A stretch of DNA of 64,000 bases from an uncultured Spirochaetota bacterium (GCA_937873275.1 CALMRC010000114.1:2666-66665); one strand, 5' to 3'. Shown: positions 27,398 through 35,302, counted from the stretch's first letter. Numbers and translations are program-made. The notes: generated by a model from the letters alone, not told the origin.

Positions 27398-27674
27398 GAA
27401 TCGCTACGTCCGTACCTTTGTTGAGTGGAATCCAGTTTCATGCACCGGTGGTCAACGTTCACCCGTTGCAGGGCCTGATTGGTGTGTGGGTCTCCGACTG
27501 CTTCATCCATTTTGGTTTTCGGATCCCCGGTTATGAAGGATGTGTATTTGATCTCTAGACCGCCCAGCCCTTCCGATGGAATGACCATGGTCCGCCTCCA
27601 GACGTTCCTGGTATTTTGTTGTCCGTCGGATCACCTGTCAACCGTCGAAATCGCTGCGACGACCGGACGAGGCC

Positions 27675-28400
27675 CTACCTCCCGGCCGCCCTCGCGATCC
27701 CCCACACGACCCCGTACAGGACCGGCAGGTGGACCAGGTAGAAGGCCAGGGAACGCCGGCCGAGCCACGCCAGGGCGCGGACGGGAGGCGCCTCCAGGAA
27801 GACCCGGGACGGCTCGAAACGGCGCCGGCCCCGTGGGTAGAGGAGGGCGGCCACGGCGATCCCGAAGAGGAACCAGGCGTACCACGGCAGGACCGGGAGG
27901 TAGTCCGCGGGGTGGTAGCCCTCGGGGCGCAACCCCAGCCAGGCCAGGGCCGGGCCCGGGAACCTCCGGGACCCCAGGGCCAGACCCCCGGCCAGGACGG
28001 CGGCGCCCAGGGCGGCGGCGGCCGCGGGCCGGTCCGCCAGGGGGTACGAGACAAGGGTGGCGAAGGCTATCAGGTGGATGACCCCGAAGAAGACGAAGGT
28101 CCCGGGGCCCAGGGCGAGATAGGTGACCGCCGAGATGCCCGCGGCCACGGCCGCCAGACGCAGCCCCCGAGCCAGGAAGGGCCGTAGACCGGCGCCCGTC
28201 CTGGCCTTCCGCAGGGCCATCGAGAGCCCGGCCAGGGTCACGAAGGCCGCCGCGATGCACCGGGGGAACCACCACCAGAAGCCCTCCCAGAAGGCCAGGC
28301 CCGCGACGCCGAAGATCACCAGGTCGTAGGCAAGATGGTAGACGGCCATGCAGACCAGGGCGAACCCGCGCAAGGCGTCGATCTCGGGATATCGTTCCAT
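27675..28400 (-). CDS. DUF1624 / heparan-alpha-glucosaminide N-acetyltransferase-like membrane acyltransferase
   Basis: ATG at 28400 (MERYPEIDALRGFALVCMAVYHLAYDL...) is the family-typical N-terminus. The protein is polytopic. The upstream extension of ORF 27675..28643 has no family match. Confidence 0.65.
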   Translation of the reverse strand: MERYPEIDALRGFALVCMAVYHLAYDLVIFGVAGLAFWEGFWWWFPRCIAAAFVTLAGLSMALRKARTGAGLRPFLARGLRLAAVAAGISAVTYLALGPGTFVFFGVIHLIAFATLVSYPLADRPAAAAALGAAVLAGGLALGSRRFPGPALAWLGLRPEGYHPADYLPVLPWYAWFLFGIAVAALLYPRGRRRFEPSRVFLEAPPVRALAWLGRRSLAFYLVHLPVLYGVVWGIARAAGR

Positions 28401-28509
28401 GGGGGGAGTATACGACGGGGGAACCGGGCCGGACAGGCCCCTTTTTCCCGGTGCCGTCTTATCAAAGGAGAATACCTTGGTATATAGTACGTGACAGGAG
28501 GGCCCCGGT

Positions 28510-29103
28510 TTGTCAATCGTCGTAGAGCACGAGAAGCGCAAGAAGGAGATCCTGGAGCGCGCTTTGGACGTCTTCACGGACGAGGGATACGAGGATACCA
28601 CCTTCCGGAAGATCGCCGAGCGCTGCGGGATCACCCGTACCATCCTGTACCTCTATTTCAAGAACAAACGCGAGATCTTTTCCTACAGCATCAAGCAGTT
28701 CACCGTGGGGTTGGAGGCGGACGTCCGGGAGTTCGCGACCCGGGAGGACCTCTCCAACGCGGAGAAGATCTCCGCCATCCTGGACATGGTCCTGGCCCGC
28801 TGTGCCGAGGAGAAGCGGCTCCTGACCGTCATCTTCGGCTACCTGGACCACCTGCGACGTTCCGGGGGAGACCCGGACGAGAGGGTCCGGCGCCGGACCA
28901 TCCGCATGCGGCACATCCTGTCCACGCTCCTGATCGCCGGCATCCAGGCCGGGGAATTCCGGAAGGTTCCCGTCCGGGCCGCCACGGACCTCCTCTATTC
29001 CCTGATCGAGGCGGCGATCTTCCGGATCGTCATCCTGGGCAAGTCCGAGGCGGGTACCTTGGTCGACTCGGGGCACCTGGTCGTGGAGGGGATGAAACGG
29101 TGA
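28510..29103 (+). CDS. TetR/AcrR family transcriptional regulator
   Basis: TTG start. The HTH region is ILERALDVFTDEGYEDTTFRKIAERCGITRTILYLYFKNKREIF. Confidence 0.8.
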   Translation: MSIVVEHEKRKKEILERALDVFTDEGYEDTTFRKIAERCGITRTILYLYFKNKREIFSYSIKQFTVGLEADVREFATREDLSNAEKISAILDMVLARCAEEKRLLTVIFGYLDHLRRSGGDPDERVRRRTIRMRHILSTLLIAGIQAGEFRKVPVRAATDLLYSLIEAAIFRIVILGKSEAGTLVDSGHLVVEGMKR

Positions 29104-29951
29104 CCGGCCCGAAGCCCGCCTGGCTCCGGGTGCCCATCCCCTCGGGCCCCGAATGGAGGAACATGAGCCGGCTCCTGGACCGGCGGGGCCTCCACACGGT
29201 CTGCGATTCCGCCCGCTGTCCGAACAAGGCCGAGTGCTGGGGCTGCGGGACCGCGACCTTCATGATCCTGGGGAACACCTGCACCCGGAACTGCCGGTTC
29301 TGCGCCGTCGCGACCGGTCGGACCGGGGATTCGGTCAACCCCGACGAGCCGGGCCAACTGGCCCAGGCCGTCGCGGAACTTCGCCTGACCTACGCGGTCC
29401 TGACCAGCGTGGATCGGGACGACCTGCCGGACCGGGGTGCGGGACACTTCGCCGCCTGCGTCCGGGCGATCAAGGCGGGCAACCCGGGCGTCCGGGTGGA
29501 GGTCCTGGTGCCCGACTTCCGGGAGGGTGAGATCGACCTCGTCCTGGCCGCGGGCCCCGACGCGGTGGCCCACAACGTAGAGACCGTGCCCCGGCTCCAG
29601 CGGGTCCGGGACGCCCGGGCCTCCTACGAAGGTTCCCTCCATACCCTGGAACGGGCCGCCGCCGCGGGGATCGAGGTGGTCAAGTCCAGCCTGCTCCTGG
29701 GGCTCGGGGAGACCCGGGAGGAGGTGCTCGGAGTCCTGGACGACCTGCGCCGGATCGGCTGCGGCAGCGTCGTCCTGGGCCAGTACCTCCGACCGACGCC
29801 CTCCCAGGTTCCCGTGGCGGAGTACGTGACCCCGGAGACCTTCGCCGAGTACGCCCGGGAAGCCCGTGCCCGGGGATTCTCCGCCGTGGTGTCCGGTCCC
29901 CTGGCCCGGACCAGCTACCACGCCCGCCAGGCCTTCGAGGAGGTGTCGTGA
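29100..29951 (+). CDS. lipA: Lipoyl synthase
   Basis: GTG at 29100 overlaps the tetR stop (GTGA). CPNKAECW plus the radical-SAM motif CTRNCRFC, and RTSYHA near the C-terminus. Confidence 0.9.
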   Translation: MTGPKPAWLRVPIPSGPEWRNMSRLLDRRGLHTVCDSARCPNKAECWGCGTATFMILGNTCTRNCRFCAVATGRTGDSVNPDEPGQLAQAVAELRLTYAVLTSVDRDDLPDRGAGHFAACVRAIKAGNPGVRVEVLVPDFREGEIDLVLAAGPDAVAHNVETVPRLQRVRDARASYEGSLHTLERAAAAGIEVVKSSLLLGLGETREEVLGVLDDLRRIGCGSVVLGQYLRPTPSQVPVAEYVTPETFAEYAREARARGFSAVVSGPLARTSYHARQAFEEVS

Positions 29952-30235
29952 CCCTCCGCAGGATCGTGAAGATCCCCGCCGGGAAGCTCCTCAAGCTGAC
30001 CGCGGACGTCGAGAACGGCGTCCTGAAGTCCGTCGCCGTCCGGGGGGACTTCTTCGCCCACCCGGAGGAGGGCTTCGACCGGGCGGAGGAGAGCCTGGTA
30101 GATATCCCCGTCGGGGAGTTCCGGAGCGCCTTTTCCGCCGCCCTCGCCCGGGAGGGCGTGGAACTCTTCGGCCTCTCCGCGGACGCGGCGGCCGACGTCT
30201 TCGAGGAGATGCTCCATGACCTTCCGCCTGCTTGA
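29948..30235 (+). CDS. Small protein resembling the accessory C-terminal domain of lipoate-protein ligase (LplB-like)
   Basis: 95-aa ORF whose GTG overlaps the lipA stop (GTGA). GKLLKLTADVENGVLKSVAVRGDFFAHPE resembles the LplA C-terminal domain. It lies immediately upstream of the catalytic-domain gene. Confidence 0.5.
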   Translation: MTLRRIVKIPAGKLLKLTADVENGVLKSVAVRGDFFAHPEEGFDRAEESLVDIPVGEFRSAFSAALAREGVELFGLSADAAADVFEEMLHDLPPA

Positions 30236-30977
30236 AACCGGGGTCTCCCCGGGAGCCTTCAACATGGGCCTGGACGAGGCGATCCTGGGCGCCGTGGCGG
30301 AGGGCCGCCAGCCTCCCACCCTGCGCCTGTACGGATGGAATCCCCCCACCGTGACCCTGGGATACTTCCAGGGACTGGACGAGGAGGTGGACCGGGAGGC
30401 CTGCGCCCGGATGGGCGTGGATGTCGTCCGGCGGATCACCGGGGGCGGGGCGGTCTTCCACGACGCGGAGCTGACCTATAGCATCGTCCTGCCCGAGAGC
30501 CATCCCCGGGCCCGGCCGGGCATCCTGGACTCCTACCGGGTTCTCTGCGCGGGGGTCGTGGAAGGCTTGGCCCGGCTCGGCCTGTCCGGGGAGTTCGCGC
30601 CCATCAACGACGTCCTCGTGGGGGGACGGAAGGTCTCCGGAAACGCCCAGACCCGGAAGCGGGGCTGCATCCTCCAGCACGGGACCATCCTCCTGGACGT
30701 GGACGTGGACCGGATGTTCGCCCTTCTCAAGGTGCCCTCGGAGAAGATGAAGGGGAAGCTGATCGAGGACGTGAAGCAGAGGGTCACGAGCCTGCGTCAC
30801 CAGCTCGGCCGGAGCGTGGGCCTTCCCGAGGCGGCCGCCGCCTTCGCCGCGGGGTTCGCCGCCGCCCTGGACGTCGTCCTGGACCCCGCGCAGCCCTCCC
30901 CGGAGGAGCTCGAGGAGGGCCGCCGTATTGCACGGGAGAAGTACGGCACCGAGGCCTGGACAGGGAGAAGGAAGTGA
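30216..30977 (+). CDS. lplA: Lipoate-protein ligase / octanoyltransferase catalytic domain protein (LplA/LipM family)
   Basis: LRLYGWNPPTVTLGYFQ, RRITGGGAVFHD and GGRKVSGNAQ (catalytic Lys region). At 253 aa it has the catalytic domain only. Confidence 0.8.
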   Translation: MTFRLLETGVSPGAFNMGLDEAILGAVAEGRQPPTLRLYGWNPPTVTLGYFQGLDEEVDREACARMGVDVVRRITGGGAVFHDAELTYSIVLPESHPRARPGILDSYRVLCAGVVEGLARLGLSGEFAPINDVLVGGRKVSGNAQTRKRGCILQHGTILLDVDVDRMFALLKVPSEKMKGKLIEDVKQRVTSLRHQLGRSVGLPEAAAAFAAGFAAALDVVLDPAQPSPEELEEGRRIAREKYGTEAWTGRRK

Positions 30978-31092
30978 ATGGGTGAATAGTGAATCGTGAA
31001 TAGGACGGTCGGGGTAATAGCTATGAACTCCATCGGCCGGCTCTTCACCCATTCACCCATTCACTTATTCACCTATTCACCTATTCACCTAC
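30974..31092. repeat. Short-repeat inverted-array element, copy E (GTGAATN / ATTCACCY variant)
   Basis: Left arm GTGAATG GGTGAAT AGTGAAT CGTGAAT AGG (30974-31004), ~39-nt core, right arm TTCACCC ATTCACCC ATTCACTT ATTCACCT ATTCACCT ATTCACCT (31044-31092). Confidence 0.8.
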
Positions 31093-31094
31093 TT

Positions 31095-31835
31095 TCATTC
31101 CACCTTCGTCCCCCGCGTCCCGTCCTTCGCCGCCGCGATTCTCCGGGCCAGCACCTGGGCCTCGAAGAGGGCCTCCAAATTCGAGGCGTACTTGGTGATC
31201 CGGGAGATGTAATCGAGGGTTTTCCGGGGCGTGCCGCCCTTGGATACCCGGCCGTACCCGGCGTTGTAGATGGCCAGGGCCGCCACTTCGTTCCCGCCCT
31301 CATCCAGGCAGTAGGCCAGATGGGCGATCCCCTTCTTCGCGTTCAGGACGGGGTCGTAGAACTGCTCGATGGTCATGTTCGGGAAGGACTTGGAATTAAG
31401 CTGGAAGAGTCCTCGGTCCACGCTCTCGGCGTTGCGGTTGATCGCCCGGGGGTGGAACTGGCTCTCCTCGAAGGCCAGGGCGAAGGCCAGGGAGACGGGG
31501 ACCGAGTACTCGACGGCGTTGTCCAGGATGGCCTGGGCGATCTCGGTGGACTTGGTGATGCTGGAGAAGAAGGCCAGGACCGATTCCCGGTACAGGGGGT
31601 TCCCGTAGCCCGCGGCGATGAAATCCTCGGGGGCGTGGCTCCGGAAGGCCTGGACGTACTCGGTCTCGTCGTAGGAGGAGAACTTACGGAACTCCTCGGG
31701 GACGTAGGCTTCCGGTTCCACGGCGGTCACGGAGGACATGCAGGACGATACGACGACCGTGAGGGAAGCGGCGGCCAACGCCGCGGCCAGGACCGCCAAA
31801 CTGCGAAACAGGGTTCGAGAAGTGGGAACGGGCAT
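31095..31835 (-). CDS. Lytic transglycosylase (SLT domain) lipoprotein
   Basis: Lipobox-like VVVSSC. The SLT catalytic region is AFEESQFHPRAINRN...DRGLFQLNS...AIYNAGYG. Confidence 0.8.
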   Translation of the reverse strand: MPVPTSRTLFRSLAVLAAALAAASLTVVVSSCMSSVTAVEPEAYVPEEFRKFSSYDETEYVQAFRSHAPEDFIAAGYGNPLYRESVLAFFSSITKSTEIAQAILDNAVEYSVPVSLAFALAFEESQFHPRAINRNAESVDRGLFQLNSKSFPNMTIEQFYDPVLNAKKGIAHLAYCLDEGGNEVAALAIYNAGYGRVSKGGTPRKTLDYISRITKYASNLEALFEAQVLARRIAAAKDGTRGTKVE

Positions 31836-32051
31836 GCGATCGATGCTCCTGACGATTTGGAATCGGGCCCGAGGGGACCCGCTGCATTTCGAAATAGGGC
31901 CGGCCGGGGGGCCGGAGGAATCGGGGCCCGGAGGCCCGCGCGACGGGTCCCCATTTTATGGAGATTTCGGAGATCGTCAAGCCCCGCCCGCGGGAGCCCG
32001 GCGCCCTTGCGCCCGGGACCCGGGCATCGTACACTGGGGCCCGGAGGAGAT

Positions 32052-32618
32052 ATGCTGAACCGCGACGAAGCCATCCGGCTCTGGAGGACCCACAATCAGG
32101 ACGAATCCCTGTTCCGGCACGCCCTTTCCGTGGAGGCGGCCCTCCGGCGGTTCGCGGTCCGGTACGGCCGGGACCCGGACTGGTGGGGCCTCGTGGGGCT
32201 CCTGCACGATATCGACTACGAGAAGTGGCCCGAGGAGCACCTGAAACACGCCCGGCCCATCCTGGCCGAGGCGGGCCTGCCGGAAGAGTTCATCCGGGCC
32301 GTGGAGAGCCACGGCTGGGGCCTTTGCACCGACGTGGAGCCGAAATCGGACATGGAGAAGGTCCTGTACGCCGTGGACGAGCTCACGGGCTTCATCGCCG
32401 CCTGCGCCTTCGTCCGGCCCTCCCGGAGCGTCCTGGACATGGAGGTGAAGAGCGTCCGGAAGAAGTGGGGCGCCGCGGCCTTCGCCGCCAAGGTGGACCG
32501 GTCCGTGATCGAGAAGGGAGCCGCGATGCTCGGCCTCTCCCTGGACGAGCTCATCGGCGAGACCATCCTGGCCCTCCGGGACGCCTCGGAGGCGGTGGGC
32601 CTTAAAGGAACCTTGTGA
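32052..32618 (+). CDS. HD-domain metal-dependent phosphohydrolase
   Basis: ATG at 32052 (MLNRDEAIRLW...), with H...LLHDIDYEKW. The upstream part of ORF 30996..32618 is repeat-derived and antisense to the SLT gene. Confidence 0.75.
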   Translation: MLNRDEAIRLWRTHNQDESLFRHALSVEAALRRFAVRYGRDPDWWGLVGLLHDIDYEKWPEEHLKHARPILAEAGLPEEFIRAVESHGWGLCTDVEPKSDMEKVLYAVDELTGFIAACAFVRPSRSVLDMEVKSVRKKWGAAAFAAKVDRSVIEKGAAMLGLSLDELIGETILALRDASEAVGLKGTL

Positions 32619-32637
32619 TCCCGGGTCACTCCGGGCG

Positions 32638-32785
32638 CTAGGAGTTTGTCGGGCCCGCCCACGAAAACCAAAGGAAAATCGCATACTTGCGATTTTCCTA
32701 CCTCGCAAACTCCCAAAGGAGCCCGATAATCGGGACTTTTTACGCCTACTGGCGTAAAAAGTCCACAAATCCGACAGGCTCCTAG
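32638..32785. other. 148-nt AT-rich structured element with terminal inverted repeats and two TACT-loop hairpins (MITE-like or ncRNA; function unknown)
   Basis: TIRs are CTAGGAGTTTGTCGG (32638-32652) and CCGACAGGCTCCTAG (32771-32785). Hairpins are AGGAAAATCGCA-TACT-TGCGATTTTCCT (32672-32699) and GGACTTTTTACGCC-TACT-GGCGTAAAAAGTCC (32733-32764). Confidence 0.6.
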
Positions 32786-32862
32786 ACGCGCCCGCCCGGG
32801 ACGGGACATACTCGCATCCGCCGCGGCCGTCGCGCCGGCAATACCCTTTCCGCGAGGAATCC

Positions 32863-34206
32863 ATGCTCGAACGGCTCACCCAGAAATTCGGGGACGTCCT
32901 CCGCACCATCGGCGGCAAGTCGTCCATCAGCGAAAAGAACATCGAGGAGGCGGTCGAGCAGATCAAGCTGGCCCTCCTGGAGGCGGACGTCAACCTTCGG
33001 GTGGTCCGCCGCTTCGTCAATTCCACCATCGAGGAAGCCAAGGGCGAGAAGGTCCTCCGCGCGGTCTCCCCGGGCCAGCAGTTCGTCAAGATCGTCCACG
33101 ACAAGATGGTCGCCCTCCTGGGGGACACCCGCCAGGAACTCCAGCTCCGGGGCCCCGACGTCGTCTCGGTAATCCTCCTCCTGGGCCTCCAGGGCTCCGG
33201 AAAGACCACGACTGCGGCCAAGCTGGCCCATCATCTCAAGGGCAAGGGACGAAAGGTCCTCCTGGCCGCCTGCGACCTGGTGCGCCCCGCCGCGGTGGAA
33301 CAGCTCTCGGTCCTGGGATCGCAGATCGGCGTCGAGGTCTACAAGGAAGACGGCGCCAAGGACCCCGTGAAGGTGGCGCGTGCGGCCCTGGATCGAGCGA
33401 AAAAGGGGCTCTTCGACACCCTGATCGTGGATACCGCGGGCCGCCTGGAGATCGACGAGGCGATGATGGACCAGCTGGTCCGGATCCGGGACGCCGTCAA
33501 GCCCGACGAGGCCCTCCTGGTGGCGGACGCCATGACGGGCCAGGCCGCGGTGGACATCGCCAAGGTCTTCGACGAGAAGGTGGGCGTGTCCGGCGTCATA
33601 CTCTCCAAGTTCGATTCCGACGCCCGGGGCGGGGCGGCCCTGTCCCTGAAGAGCGTGACCGGGAAGGCCGTCAAGTTCATCGGCGTCTCCGAGCGTCCCG
33701 ACGGCCTGGAGCCCTTCCATCCGGACCGGATCGCCGGCCGAATCCTGGGCATGGGCGACATCGTCTCCCTGGTGGAGAAGGCCCAGGAGCAGTTCGACGC
33801 CCGGGAGGCCGAGGAGCTCCAGCGTAAGATGTCCGAGGAGGGGCTCACCCTGGAGGACTACCTGGACCAGCTCCGGCGCATGAAGAAGATGGGCTCCCTG
33901 AAGGGGGTCCTGGACATGATCCCCGGGGCCGCGGGCCAGATTTCGGAGGATCAGATCGACGAGGGAGAGCTCCGGCGGGAGGAAGCCATCCTGACCTCCA
34001 TGACTCGGAAGGAACGGGCCAACTATCTGATCATCGGGCCGTCCCGTCGCTCCCGGATCGCCCGGGGCTCCGGGACCTCCGTGGCGGAGGTGGCCCGGCT
34101 CCTCAAGAAGTTCGAGAAGACCCGGACCATGATGAAGAAGATGGCCCGGGGCCGGGGCCGGGAAGCCCAGGCGTGGGCGAAGATGTCGGTGAACGGTGGA
34201 CGGTGA
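32863..34206 (+). CDS. ffh: Signal recognition particle protein Ffh (SRP54)
   Basis: GLQGSGKTTTAAKLA, DTAGRL and LSKFDSDARGG, followed by a Met-rich M domain. Confidence 0.95.
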   Translation: MLERLTQKFGDVLRTIGGKSSISEKNIEEAVEQIKLALLEADVNLRVVRRFVNSTIEEAKGEKVLRAVSPGQQFVKIVHDKMVALLGDTRQELQLRGPDVVSVILLLGLQGSGKTTTAAKLAHHLKGKGRKVLLAACDLVRPAAVEQLSVLGSQIGVEVYKEDGAKDPVKVARAALDRAKKGLFDTLIVDTAGRLEIDEAMMDQLVRIRDAVKPDEALLVADAMTGQAAVDIAKVFDEKVGVSGVILSKFDSDARGGAALSLKSVTGKAVKFIGVSERPDGLEPFHPDRIAGRILGMGDIVSLVEKAQEQFDAREAEELQRKMSEEGLTLEDYLDQLRRMKKMGSLKGVLDMIPGAAGQISEDQIDEGELRREEAILTSMTRKERANYLIIGPSRRSRIARGSGTSVAEVARLLKKFEKTRTMMKKMARGRGREAQAWAKMSVNGGR

Positions 34207-34319
34207 ACAGTGGACGGAAGCGACACGATGGTTCGGTCAGAAATCCCGCCAAGGCGGGGTGTGTTTCCGCAGTCTTCTGCCATTTCCGATCACTGTCCAC
34301 CGACCACCGTCCACGGACC
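34187..34319. repeat. Heptamer-array inverted-repeat element, copy C (GTGRACN family)
   Basis: Left arm CG GTGAACG GTGGACG GTGAACA GTGGACG G (34187-34217), 68-nt core with a CCCGCC-AA-GGCGGG hairpin, right arm CCGATCACT GTCCAC CGACCAC CGTCCAC GGACC (34286-34319). Confidence 0.8.
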
Positions 34320-34322
34320 TAC

Positions 34323-34351
34323 TTTACACTCCCCGCCCTCATCGCTATACT
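34323..34351 (+). promoter_or_regulatory. Sigma70-type promoter candidate for rpmB
   Basis: TTTACA (34323-34328), 17-nt spacer, TATACT (34346-34351), 35 nt upstream of the rpmB ATG. Confidence 0.55.
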
Positions 34352-34386
34352 ACGCGAACCAATTCGCACAACCGGAGAAGACCGAT

Positions 34387-34578
34387 ATGGCTAGACGATG
34401 CGATATCTGCGGGAAGGGCACCACCTTCGGACACAACGTGTCCCACGCCAAGAACAGGACCAACCGGGTCTGGAAACCCAACCTCGTCCAGGTGCGGACG
34501 CTGATCGAGGGCACCGTCCTGACGGTCAAGGTCTGCACCCGCTGTCTGAAGGCCGGCAAGATCGTAAAGTACGTCTGA
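34387..34578 (+). CDS. rpmB: 50S ribosomal protein L28
   Basis: ATG at 34387 gives [36 protein letters not shown], a typical L28. Confidence 0.9.
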   Translation: MARRCDICGKGTTFGHNVSHAKNRTNRVWKPNLVQVRTLIEGTVLTVKVCTRCLKAGKIVKYV

Positions 34579-34597
34579 TCGAGCCTCGGACCGCGTG

Positions 34598-34629
34598 AAA
34601 AGCCGCCTTTTAAGGCGGCTTTTTTCTTG
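34598..34629. terminator. Rho-independent terminator, potentially bidirectional between convergent genes
   Basis: AAAAGCCGCC-TTTTAA-GGCGGCTTTT followed by TTCTT. The A tract on the other side serves the opposite strand. Confidence 0.8.
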
Positions 34630-34726
34630 TCCTCGGTACGGCGGGCCCGGGCAAAAAAGGACCCCGGCCGGGGATCCCGGCCGGGGTCGAACCTTCGTTC
34701 GGCGTCGTCGGGGACGCCGGAGCGGC

Positions 34727-35194
34727 TTACCAGCGGCCGCGCCCGCCGGGCATCATGCCCCGGCCCATGGGGCCGTAGTCGCCGGCCGGGCCGTAGGCGC
34801 CCATCATCCCGCGGCCGTAGCCGAAGGACTGGGAGAGGTCGATCTCCCGGCCGCCGACGGTCAACTTGACGACGTGGAACATCGCGACGTTCGTCGCGTA
34901 CGGCAGGGGCTGCTCGTACCCCTCGAGCTTGACCTGGGCGCCTTCCTTGAGGCCGTCCACGAAACCGAAGAGCCGGCCGGGGATGCCCACGTAGTAGGTC
35001 TTGTCCTTCACGACCACCGCGGGGTGGGCGTTGACCAGGGCGAGCTTGCCTTCGATCTTTACGGTCTCGGCGGGGGCCGCGGGGGCGGCGTAGGCGCCGG
35101 GGCCGGGGCCGCGGAAGCCCGGGGCCCATCCCTGGGCGGACACGGCGGAGGCCGCGACGGCGACGGCCAGGACTACGATGATTGCGCGCTTCAT
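34727..35194 (-). CDS. Hypothetical secreted protein with Gly/Met-rich C-terminal tail
   Basis: ATG at 35194 (MKRAIIVVLAVAVAASAVSAQG) lies 6 nt after AAGGAG. The tail is GYGRGMMGAYGPAGDYGPMGRGMMPGGRGRW. No family recognised. Confidence 0.55.
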   Translation of the reverse strand: MKRAIIVVLAVAVAASAVSAQGWAPGFRGPGPGAYAAPAAPAETVKIEGKLALVNAHPAVVVKDKTYYVGIPGRLFGFVDGLKEGAQVKLEGYEQPLPYATNVAMFHVVKLTVGGREIDLSQSFGYGRGMMGAYGPAGDYGPMGRGMMPGGRGRW

Positions 35195-35302
35195 ATGGAA
35201 CTCCTTGTGGTTCACTCAGTCCCGATCCTCAAGGATCGGTGCCGGTTTCCTTCCGACACCTTATATATTGCAATCGCCGTGCCAAGTCGAATTTTTTGAA
35301 AA

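Noticed and set aside
27370-27588. 72-aa ORF (minus strand) in the gap between the acyltransferase and the MORN gene
   Set aside because: There is no RBS or family similarity, and it ends inside the predicted MORN promoter. It cannot be supported as a gene. It would be worth checking in ribosome profiling data only.
32638-32785. Whether the structured element next to ffh is the SRP (4.5S) RNA or another known housekeeping RNA
   Set aside because: I could not find the conserved SRP domain IV features (a symmetric loop with a GNAR-type tetraloop context). The A/T-rich perfect stems with TACT loops do not resemble 4.5S, 6S, tmRNA or RNase P RNA. It is kept as an unknown element instead.
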